From Fidelibacterota bacterium (GTDB taxonomy: Bacteria; Fidelibacterota; UBA2242), in NCBI GenBank assembly GCA_030603165.1, contig JAUVYH010000002.1, positions 1 through 46,473 on the forward strand: a stretch of DNA of 46,473 bases, in the 5' to 3' direction. This document shows positions 38,292-46,473 of the stretch, piece by piece (the stretch's first letter is position 1; every line of letters begins with the position of its first letter). Made by a program: the position numbers and the translations under genes. The notes under the pieces are model-generated. The model was not told where the DNA came from. It made no database searches and worked only from the letters and a program-made list of their open reading frames with translations.

Positions 38292-39604
38292 TCAGTTAAT
38301 TGTCCTTTCACAATTACCTTTTGCGGCGTTAACTGATAGCCTTGTTCATTTTGTGTTATTTTAGCAATCAGAATATCAGCGTTTTTACCTATTTCTATGC
38401 TGCCGGTTGTATCTTTCGAATCATATATACCGAGAATTTTTGCCGGATTTGCGCTGCATAACGCTGCTGTTTTAACTAATGCTTCCTCAAATTCCAAAGG
38501 ACTGTGAATTTCGTACCAGACACCTTCGATTGGCCTTGTGAGCCAGGTTAAGATATTTGAAAAAGCTTTGTCCATAGTTAGGACACTTCCAAACAATTCA
38601 GTCGGTCGATCGGCAATTTGTAGATAATTTCCATTGAGACTGACTTTACCTTTAACCCCAAATATCTCAAAATTCTTTAGATTATTCATTTTCGCTGCAA
38701 ACATGCTGTCTGTAATAGCAATAACCTTCTCATAACCTTTACGCTTAATTGTATCGAGTACATAAGATTTATCCACATGGTATCCGTCAACAATAATCTC
38801 TAAATACATTTCATCCGTTCGTAAAACCTTTTCAATGGCCCCGCCACCATCCAACGACTTACTTGATGAACCTGTCGGACCATTTAGGAAGTGAACTGCA
38901 AGCCGTAACCCCTTTTTAATTGCCTTTTCATATTGTATACCGCTTGCGTTTGTATGTCCGGCAGCACAGACAATTTTTTGCACTGTTAGATATTCTGTCA
39001 AAACCAGGGCCAAATCTTCCCATTCCGGTACGACATTGACCACCTTAATAAGCCCGCTACAGGCATTTTGCAATTCGTTAAACAGATTGATAGATGGTGA
39101 ATGAAAATATTCCGGATTATGCGCCCCGCGATAATCTTTCAGCTTCATGAAAGTACCTTCTATATAAAGACCGCTTAAAACGTTTTTCCAGGGTGCTTTG
39201 CCGGTTGAATGTTTATAGTGAGAAACATAACGAAATATATTTTTTAACTGCTCCAGAGGGGCAGCAAAGCTTGTTAATACTACACGTGTAACGCCGGTTT
39301 GGGTATAGTGGCGCAATGCCTGATTAAGGCTTTTAAGATAGGTTTCCTCATCAGAATAAAACATTCCTGTTTTTAGATCGTATTTACCGCTTGTTAGATC
39401 AAATCCAGCAATGCCATTTGTGTGGATATCGATAAATCCCGGTAAAATAAACCTGTCCTGTGCATCGATATACATATCTGCTTTGGTTGCCGGGACTTGC
39501 GATGTAATCTGTGTAATACACCCTTTTTCGATGACAATGTTACCCTTTACAATGCCTGTGGGAGTAACAATTTTTCCATTTTTAATTTGAATAATATTTT
39601 TCAT
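38288..39604 (-). CDS. nagA: N-acetylglucosamine-6-phosphate deacetylase-like amidohydrolase
   Basis: PGFIDIHTNGIAGFD resembles the E. coli-type NagA block PGFIDVQLNGCGG. AAGHTNAS and VHFLNG follow. At 438 aa it is longer than a typical NagA. 4-bp overlaps on both sides. Confidence 0.7.
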   Translation of the reverse strand: MKNIIQIKNGKIVTPTGIVKGNIVIEKGCITQITSQVPATKADMYIDAQDRFILPGFIDIHTNGIAGFDLTSGKYDLKTGMFYSDEETYLKSLNQALRHYTQTGVTRVVLTSFAAPLEQLKNIFRYVSHYKHSTGKAPWKNVLSGLYIEGTFMKLKDYRGAHNPEYFHSPSINLFNELQNACSGLIKVVNVVPEWEDLALVLTEYLTVQKIVCAAGHTNASGIQYEKAIKKGLRLAVHFLNGPTGSSSKSLDGGGAIEKVLRTDEMYLEIIVDGYHVDKSYVLDTIKRKGYEKVIAITDSMFAAKMNNLKNFEIFGVKGKVSLNGNYLQIADRPTELFGSVLTMDKAFSNILTWLTRPIEGVWYEIHSPLEFEEALVKTAALCSANPAKILGIYDSKDTTGSIEIGKNADILIAKITQNEQGYQLTPQKVIVKGQLTE

Positions 39605-41067
39605 TTTTCCAATCTGGCAAAAATCTCTTCAACATTTTTCTGCTCTTGCGGGGTTTGTTTATTTATAAATCCTTCTATAAAAAATACGCCAAACGATACC
39701 AGCAGCTCCAACCCGGTGTACAAAGCAAAGGGGGTTTCTTCTCCCGAATACCAGGCGTATCCGTATTTTACGAATATAAAAGTTAAGAATCCTAGCGCCC
39801 AGGATGCTAATGCCCCACGCCATGTTGCCCTTTTATAGATCATCCCGAATAACAGTGGGATAGATATTGGACCAAGTATTGCCGCGTACCACTCAATCAT
39901 CGCCTTAAACGCTCCTTCAAGTTGCACGGTGACCAGAGCCGCGCTGATGGTTACCAAACCAAGCACAATCGTTGTAACCATACCCACACGTAGCAGATAT
40001 TTATCGCTCGAATTCGGTTTTATAATTCGGTGATAAATATCTTCGGTAAACACGGCGGCGAGTGAGTTTAAATCTGTGTCAATCATAGACATGGTTGCGG
40101 CAAACATAGAACCGACAAATAAACCAAGCAGTCCCGGTGAAACGGAAGATAGTATTTTTTGTGCCACCAGTACATAAGCATGTTCGGGATTGGCTATTTC
40201 GCCTACTATAAGCCGCGCCGACCAGATCGGGATATAGATAGCAAGAGGATAAACCAGATATAATGCGGCAGATAGTAATGCCGCTTTACGGGCGTCTTTC
40301 GGTTTACCGATGGAATAAAAACGTTGAGCCAATCCCCATGTGCCGCCATTATAACTCAAAATAATTACAAAAAGATACACAAACAGAAACCAGGGAGAGA
40401 TGCTTTCACTAAAAAGAGAACCGTGCCCTGTGGGAAGTTGTTCCCACATACCGCTCCAACCTCCAACAGTATTTAAAACTATCGGTACCAAAAGAAGGGA
40501 AATACCAAACTGAACGATAAACTGGGCAAAATCGGTAAGCATGGTGGCCCATAATCCCCCAAATAACAAGTAAGCAACCGTTACCAGCCCGCATGTGATA
40601 ATCACTGCTTCCAAAGGGAACCCCGTAACCACATGAACGATTACTGCTAATGAGTATAATTTGACCCCCTCATCAATAAATTTGATGCCGATGCCGCTCC
40701 AGGCAAAAACCTGGCGTGTGGCAAGATTAAAGCGTTTTTCAAGATATTCAACCGGTGTAATAACATTTAATTTAACCCACTTGGGTGCCCATAACTTTGC
40801 CCCGATAATCATGGCGATAAAAATTGGAACAGCAAAGAATGTCCACACGGAAAAGCCGCTCATATAGGCAATTGTAGCATGGCCTACAAATGCAAAAGCG
40901 CTATAACCGGACATGTGGTGAGAAATTGCAGCCATCCACCAAGGTACTGTATGACCGCCGGCGAAATAATCTTCCATGGTTTTTACTTTTTTCTTGGCAT
41001 AGAAACCGAGAAAAGCAACAAGTATGAAATAAACTAAAATAACTATATAATCTGCGCTTTGAAGCAT
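39601..41067 (-). CDS. sodium:solute symporter family transporter (candidate amino-sugar importer)
   Basis: 488 aa and polytopic, with an SSS-like N-terminus ...YFAGGHTVPWWMAAISHHMSGYSAFAFVG. Context is nagA/nagB/GH20. Confidence 0.75.
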   Translation of the reverse strand: MLQSADYIVILVYFILVAFLGFYAKKKVKTMEDYFAGGHTVPWWMAAISHHMSGYSAFAFVGHATIAYMSGFSVWTFFAVPIFIAMIIGAKLWAPKWVKLNVITPVEYLEKRFNLATRQVFAWSGIGIKFIDEGVKLYSLAVIVHVVTGFPLEAVIITCGLVTVAYLLFGGLWATMLTDFAQFIVQFGISLLLVPIVLNTVGGWSGMWEQLPTGHGSLFSESISPWFLFVYLFVIILSYNGGTWGLAQRFYSIGKPKDARKAALLSAALYLVYPLAIYIPIWSARLIVGEIANPEHAYVLVAQKILSSVSPGLLGLFVGSMFAATMSMIDTDLNSLAAVFTEDIYHRIIKPNSSDKYLLRVGMVTTIVLGLVTISAALVTVQLEGAFKAMIEWYAAILGPISIPLLFGMIYKRATWRGALASWALGFLTFIFVKYGYAWYSGEETPFALYTGLELLVSFGVFFIEGFINKQTPQEQKNVEEIFARLEK

Positions 41068-41177
41068 AGGATTCCTTATATAATTATCACAGAGAGTAAT
41101 GATGGTTCCATAAAGAGCATGAAAATTGAAGCATATCTCTTTTCATCAATGTTTTATAATTCCTATCTCACTAATAT

Positions 41178-42839
41178 TCACTGTTCTGAAAAATACTCTA
41201 TAATCGCATCGAAAATGAGTCCGGTATTTACTTCAGCAGAGTGCGGCGTCATCCAGGTATTCGACCAATGTAGATAATCTGCTCGTATTTCTTTTATCAA
41301 TTCAACGATTTCATCCGGGCTGCTTTGTGAATTTCCATTTGTTCGGTCAACAATTTCATTGGCAATTTGTGCACTCCAATACTGAAAGTATTCCGCTTTA
41401 GACCAAGCATTAAGTACTTCAAATCCTTTATTTGCCTTTGGAATAAATTTATTCAATAGAAAAATTCCGTTCCGTATTTTATTAGATGTTCCTTTGATAA
41501 TTTTAGTATTACTAAGCCATTCTTTCTCATCGTTCGATGTTTTCCATTTTTCGATTAAGTCTCTAATAAAACCCTCTGGCGCTGGACGGGAATCTTTTAA
41601 ATTTGTCCACTGAATTCCGGTTGTTTTATTATTTGCAAAGGGGAATGAAATTCCTATCAAAGAAATAGCTTTGAAGAATTCGTCGTTCTTAACACCAAAG
41701 ACATGCTCCGCTGTTTTGGCCAATAATTCTTGCCGTGATAACTCTGAATTTTTAATAGTCAACGGTACAAGATAAAGCCAAGGTTCTTGTGTCTCATAAT
41801 TCGGTATACGTATCGCCCAACTGGTTACGCAAGTACCTAATAACCCTGCTTCAATCGTCTTTTTAGCCGCCCCAATAATATTGGGTGCATGAACATAATG
41901 CCTTCCGGCAAATACGCCATCACCATAAGACCGCGATGAACTGCAAAGAATCACTTCATAGCCTAATCGTTTTAGAACCTCAGCTATATAAAAAGAACGT
42001 AAATTCCCTGAATCATCAATTATTTCCGGAAGCATGTTGCGAATATCCTCTGTTATTTCATCCTTTTTTAAATTCCTGCCTTTACTCCAAACCATCACCT
42101 GTTGTGGGATTTCATCCCCATCCCAATAATTCCAATCCCATATCACAAAATCTTTTGGAATAGCGTTTATTTCTTCGGGATTCTTTAAGATCATATCACA
42201 CCATATACTTGGTCGGATTCCATTTTCTAATAGAGGCTGAGCAATGTCCGTCATGTACTCGGCATAGAGATGGTTTTCACCGATCTCTTTTGCACGCTGT
42301 GCACAAACCGGGCAGGTGCCAAAAGCATATGCTTCATCGCCGCCTAAATGGAAATAGCGTATGTTTCCAAACAATTCGAGATATTCTCTTATCCAATCTT
42401 TCAAAAATTTACGCACATCGGGATTACTCGTACAATAACAATCATATCGATTAAGATCCTCTCTTAATGTAATATATTTTTCGCAGCTCAAAACATATTC
42501 TGCATGACCTATGGTTTGTAAAAGCGGTATCGGCTCTAAACCCAATTCTCTTGAATATTTAAGAATGTCCCGAAAAGTCTGTTTAGAAAAAGCATCGGGG
42601 CTGACACATTCAGGGCAGGTTTTCCATTGCACTTCATTCTCCACCTCCCATAGTATTGCATTATATCCCATATCGGCTGTTTTTTTTATCCATTTACGGA
42701 TATAATTTTCTTTTAAAGAGACAGAATTAAGGTCAATATGAAAAATTATCAAAGGATTTTTAAAACTATTCCAATTTGAGCAAAACACACTTGATGTTGT
42801 TGAAATAAATAAAATAAATAGAACAATAATTCTCATCAT
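41178..42839 (-). CDS. secreted glycoside hydrolase family 20-like beta-N-acetylhexosaminidase
   Basis: Signal peptide MMRIIVLFILFISTTSSVFC. FHIDLN and the catalytic-pair block YFHLGGDEA. Confidence 0.7.
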   Translation of the reverse strand: MMRIIVLFILFISTTSSVFCSNWNSFKNPLIIFHIDLNSVSLKENYIRKWIKKTADMGYNAILWEVENEVQWKTCPECVSPDAFSKQTFRDILKYSRELGLEPIPLLQTIGHAEYVLSCEKYITLREDLNRYDCYCTSNPDVRKFLKDWIREYLELFGNIRYFHLGGDEAYAFGTCPVCAQRAKEIGENHLYAEYMTDIAQPLLENGIRPSIWCDMILKNPEEINAIPKDFVIWDWNYWDGDEIPQQVMVWSKGRNLKKDEITEDIRNMLPEIIDDSGNLRSFYIAEVLKRLGYEVILCSSSRSYGDGVFAGRHYVHAPNIIGAAKKTIEAGLLGTCVTSWAIRIPNYETQEPWLYLVPLTIKNSELSRQELLAKTAEHVFGVKNDEFFKAISLIGISFPFANNKTTGIQWTNLKDSRPAPEGFIRDLIEKWKTSNDEKEWLSNTKIIKGTSNKIRNGIFLLNKFIPKANKGFEVLNAWSKAEYFQYWSAQIANEIVDRTNGNSQSSPDEIVELIKEIRADYLHWSNTWMTPHSAEVNTGLIFDAIIEYFSEQ

Positions 42840-42866
42840 TAATAGGCCTCATTTAATTAAAATTGA

Positions 42867-44135
42867 TTAATTCACTATGTAAATTTCTCTATCAATTTCT
42901 ATTTTTCGTAAAGGATTATCAAAAAATTTCTCAATTATTGGAATCGTTGCTCCAATAACACCAGCATTTTCACCTAATTGTGAAAACACAATTTTTGTAG
43001 ATTTCCTCGGCAGCTCAAGAGCATGTTTCATTACAATGGTCTCAATTGAATTCATCAATAAATTAAAAGAGCCACTGAGTTTACCACCAAGAATAATCAT
43101 CTTTGGGTTAAACAGGTTTATTAGCATAACAATTCCTTTTCCCAAGTAACGGCCCATTTCATCAATTATGCTGTATGATAATTTATCTCCATGTATTGCA
43201 GCATCATAGATCATTTTAAAATTTACAAACTCATTATTTCCTTCTGTAGCATTATTCAAACTGGAAATTACTCCCCTCTTAAGCATTTCTTTTGCTTTGT
43301 GCACCACAGCTTTTATACTAGCAAAAGATTCTAGACAACCAGTGCTACCACATTCGCACAACGGACCATTTTCATCAATCATTATATGACCGAATTCACC
43401 AGCGCTTCCAGTTACTCCTTCATACAGTTTACCATTAATGATTATTCCTAAACCAAGTCCTGTTCCTACGTTTAAGTATAGAAAATTATCTATTCCACGA
43501 CCAATTCCGAAATTCAATTCTGCAAGTGCAGCCGCATTTGCGATATTTTCAACATAGCAGAACAAACCAAACTCTCTCTCTATTATTTCTTCAATTGACC
43601 AATCACCACAATCTGGTAAAGATGGGAAGTGACAAATAGAACCTGTTTTCGGATTAACTAATCCAGAGACAGAAATACCTATACCTAATATTTTGTCTCT
43701 CGAATCACCTAATTGATCAATGACATTATGTATAGAATTTATAATAGAATTTACTATATATTTTTTCCTCAGCGAAAAATCAAAAGTTTGAAAATCATCC
43801 TTTAAAATCTCGCCATTTATATTACTTGCAACAGTCCTCAATTGAGTATGAGATAATTCACATCCTATTATGAACCGATAATTAGGATTAATTTTAAACA
43901 ATGCTGAAGGACGACCGCCGTTTGATCCCTCTTTGCCGATTTCAAGGATGATTCCCCGTTCGATCAATGATAGTATAATAGAATTTACTTTAGCGAAACT
44001 TATTCCGGTATTATTTACAATTTTCCTCTTACTCATCGGACCTTTTTGATTTATATTTTTCACGACCATTGCTATATTGCGCTGCCGCAATAATGTTTGG
44101 CTCCCTCCGTAATATTGTTTTTTATTTTGTCTCAT
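42867..44135 (-). CDS. ROK-family transcriptional regulator (NagC/Mlc-like)
   Basis: N-terminal wHTH (MSKRKIVNNTGISFAKVNSIILSLIERG). ROK body with the zinc motif GHIMIDENGPLCECGSTGCLES. I prefer the ATG at 44135, which has AGGAG 8 nt upstream, to 44174. Confidence 0.82.
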   Translation of the reverse strand: MRQNKKQYYGGSQTLLRQRNIAMVVKNINQKGPMSKRKIVNNTGISFAKVNSIILSLIERGIILEIGKEGSNGGRPSALFKINPNYRFIIGCELSHTQLRTVASNINGEILKDDFQTFDFSLRKKYIVNSIINSIHNVIDQLGDSRDKILGIGISVSGLVNPKTGSICHFPSLPDCGDWSIEEIIEREFGLFCYVENIANAAALAELNFGIGRGIDNFLYLNVGTGLGLGIIINGKLYEGVTGSAGEFGHIMIDENGPLCECGSTGCLESFASIKAVVHKAKEMLKRGVISSLNNATEGNNEFVNFKMIYDAAIHGDKLSYSIIDEMGRYLGKGIVMLINLFNPKMIILGGKLSGSFNLLMNSIETIVMKHALELPRKSTKIVFSQLGENAGVIGATIPIIEKFFDNPLRKIEIDREIYIVN

Positions 44136-44231
44136 TTTCAAAACTCCTAACATATTTATTATCTCAACAATCAATCCATTAAATAAAGTTCATAAATAAC
44201 GCTTTTATGCTACCTTCAAAATTTAACCCGT

Positions 44232-45260
44232 TTAAAACTCTAATCCAGCTGTTACTTGCATAGGAGAAGAAAATCTATCTGATGTGATGAAAATATAGCT
44301 AATATTTATACGGAGCTGCATACTGTTATTCAACGGAAATAGAAAACCACCTCCCGTTGTAAAAGTACCTTCATCATAATTCATCCTGTAACCACCTCGC
44401 AGTTGAAACATCCCTAAATAATTATACTCTATTCCTATATTTAAACGTTCCGAATAATCTCGAGGGTGAATTGCATCTACAGCAAATAAAAGAGTATTGT
44501 GCGACGATTCCCTAGCAAAATCGAGCAGATCCATAGATAATCCCAGCTTAAATGTTAAGGGAGAACTAAATGCTTCTTGTTGAAACTTTATATCTGGCGA
44601 AAAATTTTGAATAGACATTGAGAAAGCCAGACTTTTGAAACCCGGATAGTAGAGTGTTCCTAAATCAAAACTAAAAGCGTGGATAATATTATCGACATTT
44701 TTCTCAATGCCTTTTGTTGTGATTATCACATTATATCCATAATTTTCATAAAGATAACGAACATGACCACCGACAGCAAATTGACTTGAAATTTGTCTTG
44801 AATATGCCAACCCTATTGCGATATCAGCAGGTGAAAAAGTACCTTCGTCGACGTAACCGAGTTCAGTTGACTCTAAAACAGTTGTGGGAACTGAAGTACC
44901 ATATAATTCACCATAATCCATCCATAATACACTTAGCCCGAGCGTCCCCCATTTTCCAAATGAAATACCTGCTGCTATAGCATTTAATGAAATGTCAGCT
45001 ATCCAGGCATTGTAAGTAGAAAAGATTTCCTTTCCATTCAAATAAGAAAGGCCTGCGGGATTCCAGAAAATTGCTGATACCCCTTTTATTGCGGAGATTC
45101 CCGCTTCTCCTCTTCCGACCATTGCGGCATCTACACCAATTTTTAGATATTGCATACCACTTTGAGATACTTTTTTAAAATTTTCTTGTCCATATAACAT
45201 TGAAGTAAAAAGGAAATAAGTGATTATCAATATTTGTAAGAATATATTTTGTTTTTTCAT
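44232..45260 (-). CDS. PorV/PorQ-like outer-membrane beta-barrel protein (T9SS-associated)
   Basis: Signal peptide, then GMQYLKIGVDAAMVGRGEAGISAIKGVSAIFWNPAGLSYL (NPAGL block) and alternating beta-strand pattern ending in ...GLEF. Confidence 0.6.
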   Translation of the reverse strand: MKKQNIFLQILIITYFLFTSMLYGQENFKKVSQSGMQYLKIGVDAAMVGRGEAGISAIKGVSAIFWNPAGLSYLNGKEIFSTYNAWIADISLNAIAAGISFGKWGTLGLSVLWMDYGELYGTSVPTTVLESTELGYVDEGTFSPADIAIGLAYSRQISSQFAVGGHVRYLYENYGYNVIITTKGIEKNVDNIIHAFSFDLGTLYYPGFKSLAFSMSIQNFSPDIKFQQEAFSSPLTFKLGLSMDLLDFARESSHNTLLFAVDAIHPRDYSERLNIGIEYNYLGMFQLRGGYRMNYDEGTFTTGGGFLFPLNNSMQLRINISYIFITSDRFSSPMQVTAGLEF

Positions 45261-46473
45261 CGTACAACCACAAATTTAATTATTGCGTTACCCTTTTCAG
45301 ATTCTACATGGGCAATATAAAGCCCGCTTGTAATATATTGTTGGTATTCTGTAATTTGATCCCAGGGTTCAGAACCAAGGCCATTTGTATGTTTGAGAGT
45401 TTTTACTAAATCGCCGTAAACTGTATAAATGCGGATAGTGCATTTTTCTGGCAAGCCCACAAAAAGAATTCTGTTGTTAGCCACATCTTCTATATTATTG
45501 GGATCGCCAAAGCCGCGGGCACGAATGTTATAGGGATTCGGAACAACCCGTAACGAGTTTAAATTTTGCATGGGAGTTTGCTGAGAAACGCCCCCTCGGA
45601 AAACATTTGATGTTAAACGGGAACTTTCTAACGATACACCCGGTTGCAGAAAATTTTGTGTGCCGTCATCGAATGTAGTAACAGCATAATAGTAGTTAAA
45701 CCCTATAATGACATTATTATCAATGTAAGTATTGGTTATTGGAATGTTACTATCACCACCACACTCGAATATTTTTTCCCATTTGTCCGTTGGATCGTTA
45801 ATTACGCGGTAAACCCTGTAACCGGCAAAATCATTTACTTTTGTATCAGGGTCTTCAGCCGCTTCGGCATTGGCAGACCACTCAAGTTTAATATGACCAA
45901 CTCCAGAGGAGATCAATAGAGAATCAGGAGAAGGAGGCGGATCAGGTATATTAAATCTTTTGCTGAAAGCTAACTTTGCTGTAGCCAATGCTTTAAATAG
46001 GGAATCCTTCCCAGTCGCGATAGTCTGCTCATAATCTTCTTTTGTTATTGTGCCTCTCAAGAGCTGATGTCCAAGCTCTTCAGCATTCTCACGCGAAATC
46101 CCGGCAATGATTTGAACTATAACGATACGCACATCTTCATTTATAGGAATATTATACGGACCACACGACATGATGTAACTTTCAGCGCCAACCCCACTCA
46201 CATTTTCATTTTCACTCAAAGAAAGCTTTTGATATTGCGAGCTCGAGCTCGCTTCTCCAGCAGATTCGGTGTTTACACTTTTAGGCTGTGATGGATCATC
46301 TGAAGATCCAAATTCAAGATCGTCACCCGCCTGTTTATCCACGTGGAGAAATCCAACTCCATAGTAACCAGGAACGCGTGGCTCGTTAGTAATCGGATCA
46401 GGGTCATAATTCCCTGTGCCCTCCGGTCCATCCCAGACAATGAAAACACGAGCTGAATCAGCACTCTTGTCAC
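45257..46473 (-). CDS. large secreted protein, C-terminal part: FN3-like domain plus T9SS-type C-terminal sorting domain (5' end outside the window)
   Basis: My own translation shows the frame stays open upstream of the GTG at 46342 to the window edge (...DKSADSARVFIVWDGPEGTGNYDPDPITNEPRVPGYYGVGFLHVDKQAGDD...). HIKLEWSANAE...FAGYRVYRV is FN3-like. The C-terminus RVVPNPYN...IRIYTVYGDLVKTL...SGLYIAHVESEKGNAIIKFVVVR is a Por-type CTD. Confidence 0.65.
   Translation of the reverse strand, partial: DKSADSARVFIVWDGPEGTGNYDPDPITNEPRVPGYYGVGFLHVDKQAGDDLEFGSSDDPSQPKSVNTESAGEASSSSQYQKLSLSENENVSGVGAESYIMSCGPYNIPINEDVRIVIVQIIAGISRENAEELGHQLLRGTITKEDYEQTIATGKDSLFKALATAKLAFSKRFNIPDPPPSPDSLLISSGVGHIKLEWSANAEAAEDPDTKVNDFAGYRVYRVINDPTDKWEKIFECGGDSNIPITNTYIDNNVIIGFNYYYAVTTFDDGTQNFLQPGVSLESSRLTSNVFRGGVSQQTPMQNLNSLRVVPNPYNIRARGFGDPNNIEDVANNRILFVGLPEKCTIRIYTVYGDLVKTLKHTNGLGSEPWDQITEYQQYITSGLYIAHVESEKGNAIIKFVVVR

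Noticed and set aside
41059-41277. 72-aa ORF between the SSS and GH20 genes
   Set aside because: It spans the intergenic region and overlaps both gene ends on the opposite strand. It is most likely non-coding promoter or terminator space.
46273-46473. 66-aa ORF at the window edge on the minus strand
   Set aside because: It is in a different frame from the T9SS cargo CDS and has nonsense-like composition. The cargo frame itself stays open to the edge and reads as plausible protein.

Overview
AT-rich bacterial chromosomal window. It probably comes from an FCB-superphylum-like organism, because a cargo protein with a T9SS-type C-terminal sorting domain sits next to a PorV/PorQ-like barrel at the right edge. 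Most of the window is housekeeping. On the plus strand: panD (minus), a PAP2 phosphatase, iscR-nifS-nifU, nadC, a DUF4143 AAA ATPase, a NifS-SelD fusion, a thiamine pyrophosphokinase with an overlapping SSS transporter, tRNA-Val(CAC), a COG1579 Zn-ribbon gene, RNase P RNA, recJ, fabH and pgpH-ybeY-mazG. After an IS-transposase remnant at about 30.9 kb everything is on the minus strand. There is a sugar-phosphate operon (SDR, gnd, LarA-family, PFK-family, HAD), a GlcNAc/chito-oligosaccharide locus (ROK regulator, GH20, SSS, nagA, nagB), and then the T9SS genes. The stand-out region is an accessory island of about 10.5 kb (3994-14443) between the isc operon and nadC. It carries four co-directional, tightly packed genes: a PLD(HKD)-nuclease::SNF2-helicase fusion, an AlbA_2(Schlafen-like)/HATPase_c_4/wHTH protein, a 1123-aa Eco57I/PglX-like N6-adenine methyltransferase, and a DUF1016 (YhcG) PD-(D/E)xK nuclease. 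A hypothetical gene follows them. I recognise this gene set as related to, but not matching, canonical Type I/III/ISP R-M, DISARM or BREX, so I flag it as the candidate novel defence system. The island also contains decayed orphan 3' modules of two of its genes. No CRISPR array, rRNA or intact mobile element was seen.
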